Part shown: positions 28,346 to 37,738 of the stretch, one piece after another
Numbering within the stretch: the stretch's first letter is position 1
Layout: every line of letters begins with the position of its first letter
Sequence record: PX880101.1
Reading direction: 5' to 3' (one strand)
Source of the DNA: a phage
Length of the DNA stretch: 64,000 bases
Made by a program: the position numbers and the translations under genes
The notes under the pieces: generated by a model
Seen by the model: only the letters and a program-made list of their open reading frames with translations
Database searches by the model: none
Told to the model about the DNA's origin: nothing

Positions 28346-28816
28346 CTACTTAAATAGTAGTTCAAAATAGTGCAAAATTAACAGAAGTTGAACTACACCT
28401 AGTGCAACGGCGAGTATGTTAATCTTAGAATCGAAAAACTTCTTAACTTTTACTCTAAAAGGTTCCTTAATGTCCTTTACGATCCTATCTATAGATGACC
28501 TCATATCCCTGATTACCATCCTGAACATTAAAGACGGATGCTCCCCCATCTCTGTAACGGAATCGAAAACATACTCTCTTCGGTCATAAGGGCCGCCAGC
28601 TCTGCGTATTAACCTCTCCACAGAGACCTCGAACGTCACACCTGTAACGTAATCATCTATAACAAGTCGTGACGGGTCTTTACCTTTACTATCAAGAGGT
28701 ATCAAAGTTATCTTTCCAGATTTTGTTAAAATTTCCCCTTTTTCAAGCAAGGTGTACCAATGCTCTCTGCCAAGACTGTTGAGGCACGTTTTTACATATT
28801 TAACAAACATCGTCAC
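28346..28816 (-). CDS. hypothetical protein with C-terminal TM segment
   Basis: ORF; hydrophobic C-terminus NILAVALGVVQLLLILHYF. Confidence 0.45.
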   Translation of the reverse strand: MTMFVKYVKTCLNSLGREHWYTLLEKGEILTKSGKITLIPLDSKGKDPSRLVIDDYVTGVTFEVSVERLIRRAGGPYDRREYVFDSVTEMGEHPSLMFRMVIRDMRSSIDRIVKDIKEPFRVKVKKFFDSKINILAVALGVVQLLLILHYFELLFK

Positions 28817-29016
28817 CCCTCATCGCACGTCTGATATAACCACTCTATAAAATCTTGATACCATTCGCCCTCTGAGCGCTCCGTAGGCCAATAATCTTCA
28901 CCCTCTCGTGCATTAAAATCTGAGTATTCAACTTTCCACTCCTTTACCAGCTCGTGGAGAAGGTTTTCAGCCTGCTCTAAAGATTTATTTTTTACCATTG
29001 CTGTCTCCTTTTTCAA
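28813..29016 (-). CDS. hypothetical small protein
   Basis: ORF. Confidence 0.4.
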   Translation of the reverse strand: MKKETAMVKNKSLEQAENLLHELVKEWKVEYSDFNAREGEDYWPTERSEGEWYQDFIEWLYQTCDEG

Positions 29017-29217
29017 GATAGTTATACATCAGAACTGCACCACCTAAGATGGCTACCAGTAACAATATCCCAGATAGCATCTCAATAAACATGGCTTGAA
29101 ACACTGGAAGGTCTCCCTAAATTAACGCACCATTTTAAATACATGCTCTTTTCCCATAAAGGTGCCTGGCTAAGATCTGCGTAGAACGCAATCTCTTTAA
29201 GAACAGTATAGATAGTT

Positions 29218-29445
29218 TTAGGTGCGGTCTCCATCCCTACTCTCCTTCCTGATATTCTTGTAGTAATCAACTAGGCACATTATTACGATGAAGATAACAA
29301 CAGGCCAAAAAGGTGCAGCAGTGATGATGGTGATAAAATCATCAAACTTCACCCTTCGTCTGGACACGATGCATACACCTGTCAAGAATACCGCTGTTAT
29401 AACGGACATTACCAGGTAACCTATTAGCACAACATTTATACTCAT
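29218..29445 (-). CDS. small membrane protein (two TM segments)
   Basis: VVLIGYLVMSVITAVFLTGVCIV and ITAAPFWPVVIFIVIMCLV. Confidence 0.4.
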   Translation of the reverse strand: MSINVVLIGYLVMSVITAVFLTGVCIVSRRRVKFDDFITIITAAPFWPVVIFIVIMCLVDYYKNIRKESRDGDRT

Positions 29446-29475
29446 TGGTCCTCCCTTTGTAGGTTAAATTGTATA

Positions 29476-30009
29476 CTACAAATGGTCGCTGAGGGTGTCA
29501 AGAAAATTATCCCGTTCTTTCTCAGAGTTTTCATGTGTGTAGCTGAAAAACATATCGAGAATAACCTTATTGATATATTCCAGCTCCTCTGTGTTCAGAT
29601 GCTTAGCAGGATCTACAATGACATCCCAAATATCATACAGACCACACTCATGATACCCATAACGCCACTCAATTGTCAAGCTGAGCGGCAAATCTTTACC
29701 TTCACAAACAACCTTCCATCTACATATGTTGGTATCTGGTCGTACCTGTGCACGGTACACCTGCACAAAATCCAATTTGAATTTGAGGTACTCGTCATAC
29801 AATTTAAGCACAAAGCTCTCGATTTGTGGAGACACTTTTGCAGCAAACTGTGCGTATTTGTACTTGCACTGGATGATCTTTCTGCGTTTTGCAGTTAAAT
29901 TTTTTGCCGCCAGTTGTTCTTCAGTGTATCTCCACCTACGATCAACAAACGCAACAGGGTCTTTGTCCCCATATAGGTCTTCCCAGTTAATCAGAAGCAT
30001 ACCTGTCAC
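29476..30009 (-). CDS. hypothetical protein
   Basis: ORF. Confidence 0.5.
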   Translation of the reverse strand: MTGMLLINWEDLYGDKDPVAFVDRRWRYTEEQLAAKNLTAKRRKIIQCKYKYAQFAAKVSPQIESFVLKLYDEYLKFKLDFVQVYRAQVRPDTNICRWKVVCEGKDLPLSLTIEWRYGYHECGLYDIWDVIVDPAKHLNTEELEYINKVILDMFFSYTHENSEKERDNFLDTLSDHL

Positions 30010-30239
30010 TCCTCCACAACTTCAAGGCCTTTACCGCCTCGCTCTGGCAGATTACTTAAAGATAGGTAATACATATAATCAGGAGAGATCCTGCCAGACT
30101 CTGCACCTGCAGCTAGTAAATCCTTCCCTTTAACCAGGACAACATTCTCGTTTGCAGATAGCCGTTTTGCTTCCACAATTTTACCAACACAGTCAACCAA
30201 GGAAGGGTACCCTAAATCTGTAAGAAATTTAACTTTCAT
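30006..30239 (-). CDS. paralog family A small acidic protein
   Basis: MKVKFLTDLGY...GLEVVEE. Confidence 0.5.
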   Translation of the reverse strand: MKVKFLTDLGYPSLVDCVGKIVEAKRLSANENVVLVKGKDLLAAGAESGRISPDYMYYLSLSNLPERGGKGLEVVEE

Positions 30240-30276
30240 GCTACCTCCTACCTACCGTCCCTGGTAAGATAAATTA

Positions 30277-30675
30277 TTACTGAACAGAGCGCGGTGCTGG
30301 GAAGGATAACTCTTCTAAAGAGAAGATTTCATTTCCTACCACCCAAGTTGCTGGGTCATCTGGATCAACAGGTTGGATAATCATTACCTCATCCGCCTCG
30401 CACACACGTTTCCCACCCATAGTAGCGTCAGCCACTAACATACGCGGCTCTTCAGAAATGCACAGGTAGCCACCTCGGCCCACTGTTCCTTCCACGGGAT
30501 CCTGCCCTTTGACCACAATGAATACCTTCTCTCCTGTGGCGATATTACTTTTCACACTAACAGTTTGACCAACTTTAGATGTACCGATCTTGGTGGCTTC
30601 AAACATTAAATCCCGAATTACTGTTGCATAGTTGCCGGACACTTTCTTACCTTCTTTAGTAATCTCAATCTTCAT
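30277..30675 (-). CDS. hypothetical protein
   Basis: ORF. Confidence 0.45.
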   Translation of the reverse strand: MKIEITKEGKKVSGNYATVIRDLMFEATKIGTSKVGQTVSVKSNIATGEKVFIVVKGQDPVEGTVGRGGYLCISEEPRMLVADATMGGKRVCEADEVMIIQPVDPDDPATWVVGNEIFSLEELSFPAPRSVQ

Positions 30676-30947
30676 AATCTAGGCTCCTTAAATGAATCTA
30701 TGTAATCAATTAAATCCCAAGCATCGCGATGGGCTGTCAGAGGGTATACTTCTCCGAGAGGGATCATAGCAATAAGTCTATCAAAAACCCAGTCTGGACG
30801 CAACATTTTATGGTGATATTCCCACTCACCTTCCACAGATTTTTTCTCAGTGATCAGGATCTCTGTGTAGTGTTTCGCCTGTCTTGAGTAGATTGAAAAT
30901 GACTTGTACATAAATGACCCCCTCTTGTTGAAAACAACAATACACAA
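30672..30947 (-). CDS. hypothetical protein
   Basis: ORF. Confidence 0.45.
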   Translation of the reverse strand: MCIVVFNKRGSFMYKSFSIYSRQAKHYTEILITEKKSVEGEWEYHHKMLRPDWVFDRLIAMIPLGEVYPLTAHRDAWDLIDYIDSFKEPRL

Positions 30948-31262
30948 CTACCAGGTTACTGTCAAGTAGGCAACCGTATTATTTTTCTCTGGGGAGATGC
31001 CAACAACATCTACCTGCAGACCTCCTGCCCTTAAATCTCCAACAATGTGCGGGAAGTAATCTGAGAGATGCGAGGGTAGATTTATCGAAAATCCGCACCC
31101 CAGAAAGCCTGCTAACGCTTTATTTTGTATCTCCCCTACAATCGCATCATAAATGGAGTTAAGCTCGTCAGGGAGCGTTACAGGACGTTTTAGCGCTAAC
31201 TGGTGTAATTTGTCCTTAGCACTCATTTTCATTTCAGGTCTACCTCTGGTGGTGCCAACCAC
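30948..31262 (-). CDS. hypothetical protein
   Basis: ORF. Confidence 0.45.
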   Translation of the reverse strand: MVGTTRGRPEMKMSAKDKLHQLALKRPVTLPDELNSIYDAIVGEIQNKALAGFLGCGFSINLPSHLSDYFPHIVGDLRAGGLQVDVVGISPEKNNTVAYLTVTW

Positions 31263-31762
31263 ATAAATGGCGGCAAGCCTAAACGGTTTTTCTTATCCCA
31301 CACAAAATATGCATATGCTTGCCCGTCAGTTCTGCCATTTGATTGAAAAGATGGACGCTTAGATATTGTGATCACAGTGGTAGGTGCATTATCAAGCCAC
31401 CATTCAAATCTGGCTTTGCTTTCCAGAAAATTAAGACGCAAAAGCATAATAACTACGTCAGCATCTTTCAACGCCTTGTCTACAAACTCACGAGCCAAAC
31501 TGTATGGTGGGTTGGTGATAATACAGTCAACATGGTTGTATTCTGTATTCAGATAGTCAACACCTTCTTGGATTTCTCCCCATGCAGATCCTAACGGCAT
31601 ACGGGAGTAGAACACACCTGAGGCACTATTCCTGCAAGGCTCTAAGTAGGTCCAGTCTTCTGGGAACGGAATAAGGTCATACAGCCCTTCTGCACACCAC
31701 TCCGGTGTCACATACTCATCGTAGGCGTTACGTTGTTCATCAGGTTTTCGAGCACAAGTCAT
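31229..31762 (-). CDS. putative small DNA N6-adenine methyltransferase
   Basis: NPPY tetrapeptide (IITNPPYSLAREF), the catalytic motif IV of amino-methyltransferases. Confidence 0.5.
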   Translation of the reverse strand: MTCARKPDEQRNAYDEYVTPEWCAEGLYDLIPFPEDWTYLEPCRNSASGVFYSRMPLGSAWGEIQEGVDYLNTEYNHVDCIITNPPYSLAREFVDKALKDADVVIMLLRLNFLESKARFEWWLDNAPTTVITISKRPSFQSNGRTDGQAYAYFVWDKKNRLGLPPFMWLAPPEVDLK

Positions 31763-31775
31763 GCAAATCTCCAGA

Positions 31776-31802
31776 TCATAAAAGCCCTCCGAAGAGGGCT
31801 TT
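31776..31802 (-). terminator. putative intrinsic terminator or attenuator on minus strand
   Basis: Hairpin agccctc-cgaa-gagggct with flanking T/A runs. Confidence 0.45.
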
Positions 31803-31813
31803 AGAATTAATGT

Positions 31814-32863
31814 TTAAGCTTCTTCGACAATCCCTGCACCCAGGATTTTTTCATTGAGCTCTTTTGCTGTTTTAATAATATTGTCCACCAGACGCTTGCG
31901 AGTCTTATCTTTTACCTTAACCTCTTCACCGCCGTTCAGGGTTGTCTTCAATTGGGACAGAATGTCTTGAAGTTCAACGACAGAGAATCGCTGCAGATCT
32001 TCTGAGGTAATCTCGCCTAAGGCAATCTTAACGGTCTCACCACTTTCCATCTGCAGGTTCAGGAACACAGTGTGAACATCACCTTTCGAACCACCCGCTT
32101 TTGCAGATTCAACAGCATGAACTAGCTCATCTAAAGAGGTGCACTGGTGAATCTCCGGAAGACCTGCTTCACCTAGCACACCTTCTTCATCACCTTTTGC
32201 CAAAAGCTTTTTAGGTTTTTGTCCGTTCTGGATGCGTTGTATGTTGCCTTCATCCAGAATGATAGCTCCAGTTCGAGCTGCCAGCTCCTCTCCGTCCAAC
32301 CACACTTCGCCACCAGCTGTGATGGATGCGATCTCATCTTCTGTCAGCACCCAACCGTAGTATTTTTCGATCAGGCGTTCGAAACGTTTTTTCCAGTAGC
32401 TGACCTGAGTATTCATGTTCACACCATTGCCATAAGTGCCGCCTTGATAGTAGTGGAACATAAACTCTGTGTCCGGAGCCACAGTGCGTTCTTTGCAACC
32501 CAGCCATAGGATTGTTCCAGCAGAGCAGCACATCCCTTCAGCATGTGCAACAACGCTTGCCTGAGACTCGCGGAATGCCTGTAGATAAGCCATTGCAATG
32601 TGCACGCAACCCCCAGGGCTATTGATGATCACACGAATGCTTTCTTCCGGCTGAGCCATACGGATCGTCTGCAGACGAGACATATGATCCTGCAGGTCCT
32701 CCAAATCGTCGATATAAAGAACGTGGTCAACAACAGGTGTTGGGTAGCTGTATGTTTCCATAATACCACCCGGCATACCAAACATTTTATTACTCATAGG
32801 TTCGAAACCGTTCTGTTTTTCTTTCATGCCGTGTACCATGGTGCTGCGAGGTGTTAAATTCAT
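31814..32863 (-). CDS. ClpP-family (S14) serine protease homolog with ~150 aa C-terminal extension
   Basis: INSPGG motif and GMCCSAG active-site-serine context typical of ClpP and prohead proteases; C-terminal region charged, predicted helical. Confidence 0.6.
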   Translation of the reverse strand: MNLTPRSTMVHGMKEKQNGFEPMSNKMFGMPGGIMETYSYPTPVVDHVLYIDDLEDLQDHMSRLQTIRMAQPEESIRVIINSPGGCVHIAMAYLQAFRESQASVVAHAEGMCCSAGTILWLGCKERTVAPDTEFMFHYYQGGTYGNGVNMNTQVSYWKKRFERLIEKYYGWVLTEDEIASITAGGEVWLDGEELAARTGAIILDEGNIQRIQNGQKPKKLLAKGDEEGVLGEAGLPEIHQCTSLDELVHAVESAKAGGSKGDVHTVFLNLQMESGETVKIALGEITSEDLQRFSVVELQDILSQLKTTLNGGEEVKVKDKTRKRLVDNIIKTAKELNEKILGAGIVEEA

Positions 32864-32923
32864 GAGAAATCCTTAATATTGGAAGTTGAAAGCTATTTAT
32901 TTAAACCTGATTCACATTTACCT

Positions 32924-33235
32924 TTATTTAGCAATCACTATGGAATACTTACGATTGTCAGAAGCATCACAACTCAATGATTGCCAGTCTACCACATACC
33001 ACGTATCATTGTCAACAATTACTTTATCGCCTGTTCTGTAGCAGATGCTGCTTTCAATAATTCGAGACTCGATAAAGAATCTGTGTCGGCGCTCACGTAG
33101 CAACGCTAAGTTGATTATGTTACCACCGCTGTCCTTGATCCACACATTCTTGGATCCTTTATTTGCCAAAATTGTCTCGCCGTTATAGACAAACAGGCAG
33201 TATATTTTATTCAGTTTCTCTTGTATTGTAGCCAT
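32924..33235 (-). CDS. hypothetical protein
   Basis: ORF. Confidence 0.45.
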   Translation of the reverse strand: MATIQEKLNKIYCLFVYNGETILANKGSKNVWIKDSGGNIINLALLRERRHRFFIESRIIESSICYRTGDKVIVDNDTWYVVDWQSLSCDASDNRKYSIVIAK

Positions 33236-33336
33236 ACTGTCCTTCTCTCTGTTTTGTCCGATAATAATATCTAAAGTTTACCTATTTGTCAACAACTGTT
33301 TTAGATATTTAAGGGTGGAATAACCACCCTTCTGTA

Positions 33337-34125
33337 TTACTCGGAAACAGGGGTCCAAATATGATTTGCACGATCCTCAATAAGATTGAGTGCGATCTGA
33401 CGACCCAACCCAGAACGAACGACATCGTCTGGACTATCAAAGCTGATCATTCCAACCTCAGGATCTGGATGACGAGTAAAGAAATCCGTCACCCATGCAA
33501 GGCCAGATTTACCAGGGATGTCACGTTGGCTATTATCACCCATAATTACAAGGGTGGCTTGATCAGAGATCCTTGTGATAATTGACAACATTTCTTCAGG
33601 GTTAGTTTGCTGTGCCTCGTCAATCAGGACAAAGCATCGCTCATCGAAACTACGACCACGAATGCTTTCAACTTCACAAATCTCGATACGGCTGTTCTGA
33701 CCGTCTCCCAGCATTGCGGCAAAAGCACCTTTGCCAACACGACGACAAATCGTGTCCATCATGCTTCGAAGATAGGGCCACAGTTTCTGCATTGCATTTC
33801 CAGGTTTAAATCCTGAAGTCTTTCCTGTCTGAACGTAAGGACGTGCAACAATAATCTTATCAATCTCGTTCTTACGCAGAAGATCACCTGCATATGCAGA
33901 TGCCATGAATGTCTTACCGGATCCAAACACACCGTTTACAATAATAATCTTACGTGACCCTAGATAATCAAGATACTTTTGCTGCTTCTTATTCATTGGT
34001 CGGAGAGCTGGAGCGGTGTGCTCTCTTTCGTCAGCAAATTTCTCAGCAGCCTTACGCAGGCGATCAGATTTGCGAGCCTCTCTAGCTTCATCACGCATGC
34101 GCTTTGTTTCTTTAGCTCGACCCAT
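33337..34125 (-). CDS. phoH: PhoH-like ATPase
   Basis: Walker A GVFGSGKTF, Walker B VLIDEAQ, overall PhoH-like arrangement. Confidence 0.8.
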   Translation of the reverse strand: MGRAKETKRMRDEAREARKSDRLRKAAEKFADEREHTAPALRPMNKKQQKYLDYLGSRKIIIVNGVFGSGKTFMASAYAGDLLRKNEIDKIIVARPYVQTGKTSGFKPGNAMQKLWPYLRSMMDTICRRVGKGAFAAMLGDGQNSRIEICEVESIRGRSFDERCFVLIDEAQQTNPEEMLSIITRISDQATLVIMGDNSQRDIPGKSGLAWVTDFFTRHPDPEVGMISFDSPDDVVRSGLGRQIALNLIEDRANHIWTPVSE

Positions 34126-34163
34126 GTTGGGACTCCTTTCAGATTGAGATGTGCCAAGTACTT

Positions 34164-34514
34164 TTACTGCAACAGTTTTTCAATAGCCGCTTCCATGCTG
34201 CTTGCAACAGCCTGAACTCGGATATTCATCTCTTCTTGGTGGATCAGCTCCTTAAGCTCTTTAATGGTAAATTCTTTAGAGAAACCTTCCACCATAATCT
34301 TGTGCAAGGCTTCTTGCGTGTCTACTTGCAAGAACTTTTCCAGTTTGTTGGCAGAGGCTTCTAAATCAGCCCGAATACGAGGGTCATCTGTGCGATTCAG
34401 CATTAGGCGTAAGCCATCAAGATTAGTAGAAATAGCATCTGCATGTTGAGTAACTAACCGTGGCAAAATGAGATCTACAAACTTATTAGCCAAATCGATA
34501 CGTTCTTGTGTCAC
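34164..34514 (-). CDS. hypothetical protein
   Basis: ORF. Confidence 0.45.
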   Translation of the reverse strand: MTQERIDLANKFVDLILPRLVTQHADAISTNLDGLRLMLNRTDDPRIRADLEASANKLEKFLQVDTQEALHKIMVEGFSKEFTIKELKELIHQEEMNIRVQAVASSMEAAIEKLLQ

Positions 34515-34686
34515 TGTTGCACCCCCTCTTCATCTTCATGATGTTTCTTTTCACGCTTGTGTTTTTTCTTAAGCTCAAGCGCAATCTCTTTCTTGTACGC
34601 CTTCTTCAAGGCTTTTTTAGCCATTTGGCACCTCCTCTGCTTTCATTACGGCAATTATAACCAACTCAACAAAGCTTTGTCAACAA

Positions 34687-35160
34687 CTAGTCTACCTGAA
34701 CCCAACCGCCTGATACTTTTTTAAACATTCTTTGGTTATCACTGCCTCGGAACGGTTTCTTGGTTGGTAAATCTTTTACATACTTACCGTCAATGATGAT
34801 ATCAGCCAGTTTAAGAACATCACTAGAGATATGGTCAAATGTGAACCCAGTATATACAAGAATAGTTTTCTTGTCACCAAATTTTTCCTTAATTTTCTCC
34901 ATCAGGCTAATAATATCTGGCTCATTATAGTATGCTAAGGGTTCTCCACCCAGTAGAGAGATACCGCACACAGACGGGTTATCTAAATCTGACAAGATTT
35001 TTTGCAAGTCTTCTTCAGTGAACTTCCTCCCCTTATCTTTTGACCAAAATGCCTGATTAAAGCAACCAGGGCAAGCGTGTGGGCACCCAGATACCCACAA
35101 GGCAGTTCTAATACCTGGTCCTTCGGTGTAAGATATTTCTGTGTATCCAGCAATGTTCAT
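34687..35160 (-). CDS. nrdG: anaerobic ribonucleotide reductase activating protein (radical SAM)
   Basis: Cys cluster GCPHACPGC near N-terminus, size ~157 aa, adjacent to nrdD. Confidence 0.8.
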   Translation of the reverse strand: MNIAGYTEISYTEGPGIRTALWVSGCPHACPGCFNQAFWSKDKGRKFTEEDLQKILSDLDNPSVCGISLLGGEPLAYYNEPDIISLMEKIKEKFGDKKTILVYTGFTFDHISSDVLKLADIIIDGKYVKDLPTKKPFRGSDNQRMFKKVSGGWVQVD

Positions 35161-35273
35161 AGATACTCCGCATCACATTTAGGGCAATGCCAAATAAAAT
35201 CGTCTAGTGCCTTGCACCAACGAAGATTACAACTACAGCCGCACTTGCAAATTTTATAAATACCTGATGACAT
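35157..35273 (-). CDS. small Cys-rich zinc-ribbon protein (38 codons) between nrdD and nrdG
   Basis: Hand translation MSSGIYKICKCGCSCNLRWCKALDDFIWHCPKCDAEYL; stop overlaps nrdG start (ATGA). Confidence 0.35.
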   Translation of the reverse strand: MSSGIYKICKCGCSCNLRWCKALDDFIWHCPKCDAEYL

Positions 35274-35336
35274 ACTGCACCTCCTAGCTCACTGTGTGTC
35301 AATAATATGCCACATCCTTGTGGCTTTTGTCAAGAA

Positions 35337-37460
35337 TCAGCAACCACAACTTCCGTAGTGCTTAACTCGCTCGATAACTTCCGCTTGCTTACCTTTATTG
35401 TAAGGACGGGAGTTAGGACTGGAAAGGTATCCAGACACACGTCGAATTACACTGATCGTTCCCTCTTCATGGTTTCCACACTCTGGGCATACAAAGCCTT
35501 TAGCTGTTGCACTGAACTCACCAGAGAAACCACACTTGAGACATTTATCCACAGGTTGGTTAATACCAAAATACATAATGTGTTTATACCCGAAGTCAAC
35601 AAGAGCCTCTAAAGCATCCAGGTTGTTTTTCAGGTTAGGTGTTTCTACGTATCCGATGTTGCCACCAGAGGAGATCATAGCAAAACCTTCCTCATACTCC
35701 CACTTATCAAAAGGAGAGCTATTTATCCATACTGGCTGATGGAAACTGTTGGTGAGATATTCATGCTCGTGCTTCAACACTTCCGGATATTCACGATCCA
35801 GACAGGTTGCAGCTTTATAGCATAGACTCTCAGAAGGAGTGCCGTACAAGCTAAATGCTAGTCTACTTTCCTTCTTGTATCGCTCACAAGCATCTCTCAT
35901 GTGCTGAAGGATTCCAAGAGCTAAAGCCTTGTCACCCTCTCTGCCCAAAATCTGACAGGTTTCATACACACCGATATACCCAATACTGATGGAAGCGTAC
36001 CCGTCATAGAAGAGTTTATCAATACTCTCTTCAGGATCCAGGCGAGCAAGAGCGCCTTCACACCACATGATGGGGTTCTGCCCTGCCTTTGTTCCTTTTA
36101 GACGATTAACCCTTACAAGGTGAGCCTCGTATGCAAGATCCAAGTATTCGTCAAGAACTGCAAAGAAATCAACACCTTCCGTCTTGGCTTTTGCCGCAAT
36201 CATTGGCAGGTTAAGGCTAACAACGCCTAAGTTAAATCTGCCAAGGTATTTCTCCTCGCCTGTTTCCAAGTCATTGTATTTGCTAAGAAAACTCCTGCAA
36301 CCCATGCTAGTTACTTTGCCATCTGTCGAGCCTGTCACTTTTCTATTTAGTGGTACAGATACGAAGTCAGGATAGATACGTTCTGCACAGCATTCCAGAG
36401 CTAATCGTTTCAAATCATAGTTAGGATCCCCAGGGTTCATGTTGACACCCTCTTCCAGGAAGAACAGCACTTTAGGGAACACAGGTGTGATACGTTCTTC
36501 ACCAAGACCCATTTTGTGGACTTTCAGGTAGTTTTTGGTAATCATTCTACCAAAGACCGAGGTATCCAGTCCTAAACTCAATGTGATGAATGGAGTTTGC
36601 CCGTTGACAGAAGTTAACGTGTTGATTTGATAGAGCAAAGTCTGCATGCTGTCAAATACGTCTTTATCTGTCATTTGCATTGCAACAGTTTCAGCATCCG
36701 GCAACCAATGTTCCTGGCAAAATTTAAGGTTCTTCTCATAGGTTGCTTCAGCATACTGTGCCAGATAATGATCAATATGGCTCATAGTCTGACCACCATA
36801 TTGAGCACTAGCTACCGCACTAGAGATTTGGCTAAGGATTGTTGTTGCAACCCCTATTGACTTCGGCTTACTGACATAGGCGTTACCAATGTTGAATCCG
36901 TTTTCCAACATATCTGGATAATTTACCAAACAACAGTTTGTTAACGGACTGATCAAGTAGTCAAGATCATGCACATGGATGAATCCTTTATTGTGCTCTT
37001 CGGAGACACGGTCTGGCAGGATCTGTGTTGATGCAAGGTGTTTGCTAAGAATACCTGCAAGCAGGTCGCGATGAGTGTGTACATGATTAGTAGGCTTATT
37101 TGCGTTTTCTTTTGTAAATTCATCACAAGTTCGATCCAAGAAGCCACTAATATCTGCAAGCAGTTTTCCACCTGCCTCTCTGTTATTATCTCTTGTCTGT
37201 CTATACTGGATGTATTCTCTGGCTGCACATTTTAAACCCATATCCATAAGAGCATCTTCAACAAGGATATGGATATTTTTTACAGAGATCGTGCACTGGT
37301 CGGTTGGTAGATTGTTAGCAACAACTTCATTAACCGCGCAGGCGATCCGGTAAGCTTCTTCTTCAGTATGTCCAGACTCAAGTAAGGCGGACTCTGCCGC
37401 CTTGATCACCTTAATTCCGTTATAGAACTCTTCTCTACCGTCCCGTTTTACAACTTTCAC
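35337..37460 (-). CDS. nrdD: anaerobic ribonucleoside-triphosphate reductase (class III)
   Basis: C-terminal glycyl-radical motif RRVSGYL, zinc ribbon CLKCG...CPECG, N-terminal ATP-cone, 707 aa. Confidence 0.9.
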   Translation of the reverse strand: MKVVKRDGREEFYNGIKVIKAAESALLESGHTEEEAYRIACAVNEVVANNLPTDQCTISVKNIHILVEDALMDMGLKCAAREYIQYRQTRDNNREAGGKLLADISGFLDRTCDEFTKENANKPTNHVHTHRDLLAGILSKHLASTQILPDRVSEEHNKGFIHVHDLDYLISPLTNCCLVNYPDMLENGFNIGNAYVSKPKSIGVATTILSQISSAVASAQYGGQTMSHIDHYLAQYAEATYEKNLKFCQEHWLPDAETVAMQMTDKDVFDSMQTLLYQINTLTSVNGQTPFITLSLGLDTSVFGRMITKNYLKVHKMGLGEERITPVFPKVLFFLEEGVNMNPGDPNYDLKRLALECCAERIYPDFVSVPLNRKVTGSTDGKVTSMGCRSFLSKYNDLETGEEKYLGRFNLGVVSLNLPMIAAKAKTEGVDFFAVLDEYLDLAYEAHLVRVNRLKGTKAGQNPIMWCEGALARLDPEESIDKLFYDGYASISIGYIGVYETCQILGREGDKALALGILQHMRDACERYKKESRLAFSLYGTPSESLCYKAATCLDREYPEVLKHEHEYLTNSFHQPVWINSSPFDKWEYEEGFAMISSGGNIGYVETPNLKNNLDALEALVDFGYKHIMYFGINQPVDKCLKCGFSGEFSATAKGFVCPECGNHEEGTISVIRRVSGYLSSPNSRPYNKGKQAEVIERVKHYGSCGC

Positions 37461-37735
37461 TTTTTCTCTCCAAAACCATTCTTAACAAAAGAGATGAAAT
37501 CGTCGGCACCGCCTATATGGACACTGTCAAGATCGCTTTCTAAGAAGATCTGCGGCAACGTTCTGGGGACAATTGGACTGCACTTCTCAATAAGCTCTTC
37601 TTTTGTGTAGCCCTCGCCAAGTGTCTTATATACAAAAGGCAGACCTTTGCTGATTGCAAATTCTTTTGCTCTGACACAATGTGGGCAGTTATCCTTACCG
37701 TAAATGATGATGAAAAAAGATTTTTCGCAGCTCAT
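37457..37735 (-). CDS. glutaredoxin / NrdH-like redoxin
   Basis: CPHC active site in thioredoxin-fold context (IIIYGKDNCPHCVRAK); overlaps nrdD start by 4 nt. Confidence 0.7.
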   Translation of the reverse strand: MSCEKSFFIIIYGKDNCPHCVRAKEFAISKGLPFVYKTLGEGYTKEELIEKCSPIVPRTLPQIFLESDLDSVHIGGADDFISFVKNGFGEKK

Positions 37736-37738
37736 ATA

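Noticed and set aside
36184-37235. Short ORFs on the plus strand inside nrdD
   Set aside because: Antisense to a high-confidence 707 aa gene; typical shadow ORFs. The same applies to short ORFs inside nrdA, the ClpP-like gene, PhoH, ligase and terminase.
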